Assembly (NCBI GenBank): GCA_963846495.1
Contig: CAWJWP010000015.1
Span: forward strand, 34,959-98,958
Length of the DNA: 64,000 nucleotides
Reading direction: 5' to 3'
Source of the DNA: Thermoanaerobaculia bacterium
GTDB lineage: Bacteria; Acidobacteriota; Thermoanaerobaculia; Multivoradales; JAIOJS01
Shown here: in pieces, positions 62,434 through 64,000 of the stretch
Numbering within the stretch: position 1 is the stretch's first letter
Layout of the letters: the number at the start of each line of letters is the position of its first letter
Translations under genes and position numbers: made by a program
Notes under the pieces: model-generated
Databases searched by the model: none
Told to the model about the DNA's origin: nothing
What the model saw: the letters and a program-made list of their open reading frames with translations, nothing else

Positions 62434-63747
62434 CTACCGCCTCCTGCTTTGCAACCAAGCGTACACGGGGAGGCCGAGCGCCGTCACCGCGACGCCCGCC
62501 GCTGCCTGCAGCGGCCGGCCGGTGCCGAGCAGCAGCAGCACGATGGCGGTCATGAAAAGGAAAACGATCGCCGTCGCCGGGAAGCCGGGGGTGAGATACG
62601 CCGGCGCGCCGCCGCGGCGGCGCAGCCGGAAGAGGCCGGCCACGCACACGGCGAGGAAGAGCACCATGGAGAACACGAAGTAGCCGACGATCTGGTCGAA
62701 GCCGCCGAGCAGCACGAGCAGGCTCGCGAGCACCGCCTGCACGGCGATGGCGCGCACCGGAACGCCCGTGCGCGGATGCAGCTCGCCGAACGAGCCCACG
62801 GCGAGACCGTCGCGCGCCATCGCGTAGTAGACGCGCGGCGCCGCGGTCATGTAGGCGAGCAGGCTCGAGCCGACGCAGAGGATGACGACGACGGAGAGCA
62901 CGCGCGCGCCGCCGGCGCCGAAGAGCGCCGCGCCGGCCTGCGCGGCGAACGTCTCGCCCGAGTCGATCGCCGCGAGCGGCACCAGGTAGACGAACACGGC
63001 GCTCGTCGCGGCGTAGACGGCCGTCGTCACCAATACGCCGGCGGCGAGCGCGCGCGGCAGCGTGCGCTGCGGCTCGCGCACCTCGCCGGCGAGCTTGGTG
63101 AGGTCCCACCAGCCGCCGAAGGAGAAGAAGGCGGCGATCACCGCGCCGGCGAGCGCCGGCAGCAGCGGCGGCGAGCCCGCTTCGCGCGGCGCCAGCAGCG
63201 CGAGGCGCGACGCGTCTCCCAGCCCGGCGGCAAATCCCCAGGCGACGATGGCGAGCAGCAGCCCGACCTTGACGAAAGCGAGGATGCGGGCGAGGCCAGC
63301 CGCCAGCCGGACGCCGAGCAGGTTGGCGACCGCGGAGAGCACGATGATCGAGATCGCCACCACTTTCGCCGGCAGCCCCGGGGCCAGCGTGACGACGTAG
63401 GCAGCGACGCCGGTGGCGAGCGCGGCCGTGAGCCCGGGATCGAGCACCAGCAGGCACTGCCAGCCGTAGAGGAACGCGATCCGTCGGCCGTACGCTTCGC
63501 GCAAGTAGACGTAGAGGCCGCCCGCTTGCGGGAAGCGCGCCGCGAGCTCGCCGAAGCAGAGCGCGCCGCAGAGCGCCGCGCCGCCCATCGCCAGCCAGAC
63601 GGCGAGCACGAGGCCGAACGAGCCGAGCGCCTTCGCCATGCTCGCCGGGGTGAGGAAGATGCCGACGCCGATGAGCTCGCCCACCACCAACCCGGCGGCG
63701 GTGGTGAGGCCGAGCGAGCGGCGCGGGGCGTCGCTCGCGCCGTTCAC
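62434..63747 (-). CDS. APC-superfamily amino acid permease
   Basis: 12 predicted TM helices and a GELIGVGIF motif. GTG start at 63747, overlapping the stop of the upstream PLD-family gene (GTGA). Confidence 0.75.
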   Translation of the reverse strand: MNGASDAPRRSLGLTTAAGLVVGELIGVGIFLTPASMAKALGSFGLVLAVWLAMGGAALCGALCFGELAARFPQAGGLYVYLREAYGRRIAFLYGWQCLLVLDPGLTAALATGVAAYVVTLAPGLPAKVVAISIIVLSAVANLLGVRLAAGLARILAFVKVGLLLAIVAWGFAAGLGDASRLALLAPREAGSPPLLPALAGAVIAAFFSFGGWWDLTKLAGEVREPQRTLPRALAAGVLVTTAVYAATSAVFVYLVPLAAIDSGETFAAQAGAALFGAGGARVLSVVVILCVGSSLLAYMTAAPRVYYAMARDGLAVGSFGELHPRTGVPVRAIAVQAVLASLLVLLGGFDQIVGYFVFSMVLFLAVCVAGLFRLRRRGGAPAYLTPGFPATAIVFLFMTAIVLLLLGTGRPLQAAAGVAVTALGLPVYAWLQSRRR

Positions 63748-64000
63748 AGCTGCCCGCGCACCAGCGGCGCCAGGAGCCGCAGCATCCGCAGCCGCCACAC
63801 CTTGCCGCGCGCGATGCCGGGGTAGCGCTCGTCGGCGCCCACCGGATAGCCGCGCGCGTCGATTTGAACCGCGTTCTCGAGGTGGCGGTCCATGCGGCGG
63901 CGCAGCTCGGCGGCGACCTCGCGGCTCTCGACCACCAGCGCCAGCTCGCGGTTGAGCCGCTGCGAGCGCGGGTCGAGGTTGTAGGAGCCGACGATCACCG
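63744..64000 (-). CDS. Phospholipase D / cardiolipin synthase family protein, C-terminal fragment (gene starts beyond the right edge of the window)
   Basis: IVGSYNLDPRSQRLNRELALVVE matches the C-terminal PLD-family (HKD-containing enzyme) region. Confidence 0.6.
   Translation of the reverse strand, partial: VIVGSYNLDPRSQRLNRELALVVESREVAAELRRRMDRHLENAVQIDARGYPVGADERYPGIARGKVWRLRMLRLLAPLVRGQL

Noticed and set aside
62449-63825. 458-aa plus-strand ORF and the 433-aa minus ORF 62156..63457
   Set aside because: Antisense or out-of-frame reads of the APC permease. Only the 3'-terminal about 90 codons of 62156..63457 are real (the AhpD-like N-terminus).

Overview
High-GC (about 70-72%) bacterial chromosomal segment, probably from a Gram-negative lineage (Oar-like TonB-dependent receptor, lipid-linked glycan modification genes); Myxococcota-, Acidobacteriota- or Rokubacteria-like, but not assignable from sequence alone. 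Because of the GC content the six-frame track is full of long spurious ORFs (many Arg/Ala/Gly-rich antisense or out-of-frame reads), so I called genes only where the translation looks like a real protein family.

Housekeeping content, in order:
- queA (partial, at the window edge) and a cysteine-synthase-family PLP enzyme.
- A flavin reductase.
- A dppA-dppB-dppC-type ABC importer with no ATPase genes in the operon.
- Hsp20 divergent from an orphan histidine kinase.
- rplU-rpmA-obg-nadD-rsfS.
- A PspF-like sigma-54 activator.
- tRNA-Lys(CTT) and tRNA-Leu(TAG) followed by the classic tig-clpP-clpX-lon-engB-rho block.
- A TetR regulator with an operator palindrome, an APC permease and a PLD-family fragment at the right edge.

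Accessory or otherwise interesting content:
1. A glycolipid/glycan modification cluster: a divergent methyltransferase, two tandem paralogous GT-C (ArnT/PMT-like) glycosyltransferases, a GT2 polyprenyl-phosphate sugar synthase and a YdjC-family deacetylase. This is the same gene logic as the lipid A aminosugar modification systems FlmF2-NaxD-FlmK and LgmABC.
2. A minus-strand acyl-CoA cluster of three enoyl-CoA hydratases, a thiolase and a peptidase-C26 glutamine amidotransferase that is fused in frame to one of the hydratases.
3. An Oar-like TonB receptor, a LuxR-type response regulator and a 1380-aa secreted protein made of about 14 tandem CarboxypepD_reg-like repeats.
4. A PspA/IM30 (ESCRT-III superfamily) gene, followed by an ABC transporter whose substrate-binding protein carries a C-terminal OmpA-like domain.
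5. A putative genomic island between about 50.2 and 58.4 kb, bounded by REP-like palindromic repeats and a long structured intergenic region. It carries a DUF222-HNH endonuclease, a secreted hypothetical protein, a coiled-coil membrane protein, an AAA+ ATPase with a degenerate N-terminal AAA-like domain, a clearly lower-GC (about 62%) membrane protein and a LysM protein.

A striking technical and biological feature is the large number of single-nucleotide frameshifts that split otherwise well-conserved genes: dppC, dppA (two), rpmA/obg, nadD, the sigma-54 activator, the second GT-C copy (two), tig, pspA (two), SBP-OmpA (at least five), the ABC permease, the ABC ATPase (three), the DUF4331 protein and the AhpD-like gene. 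They are strongly clustered at 46-50.2 kb, while several very long genes (lon, clpX, rho, the TonB receptor, the 4.1-kb repeat protein) are intact. This points to a localized error-dense stretch of the assembly, or alternatively to very recent gene decay.

No CRISPR array, transposase or integrase was recognised.
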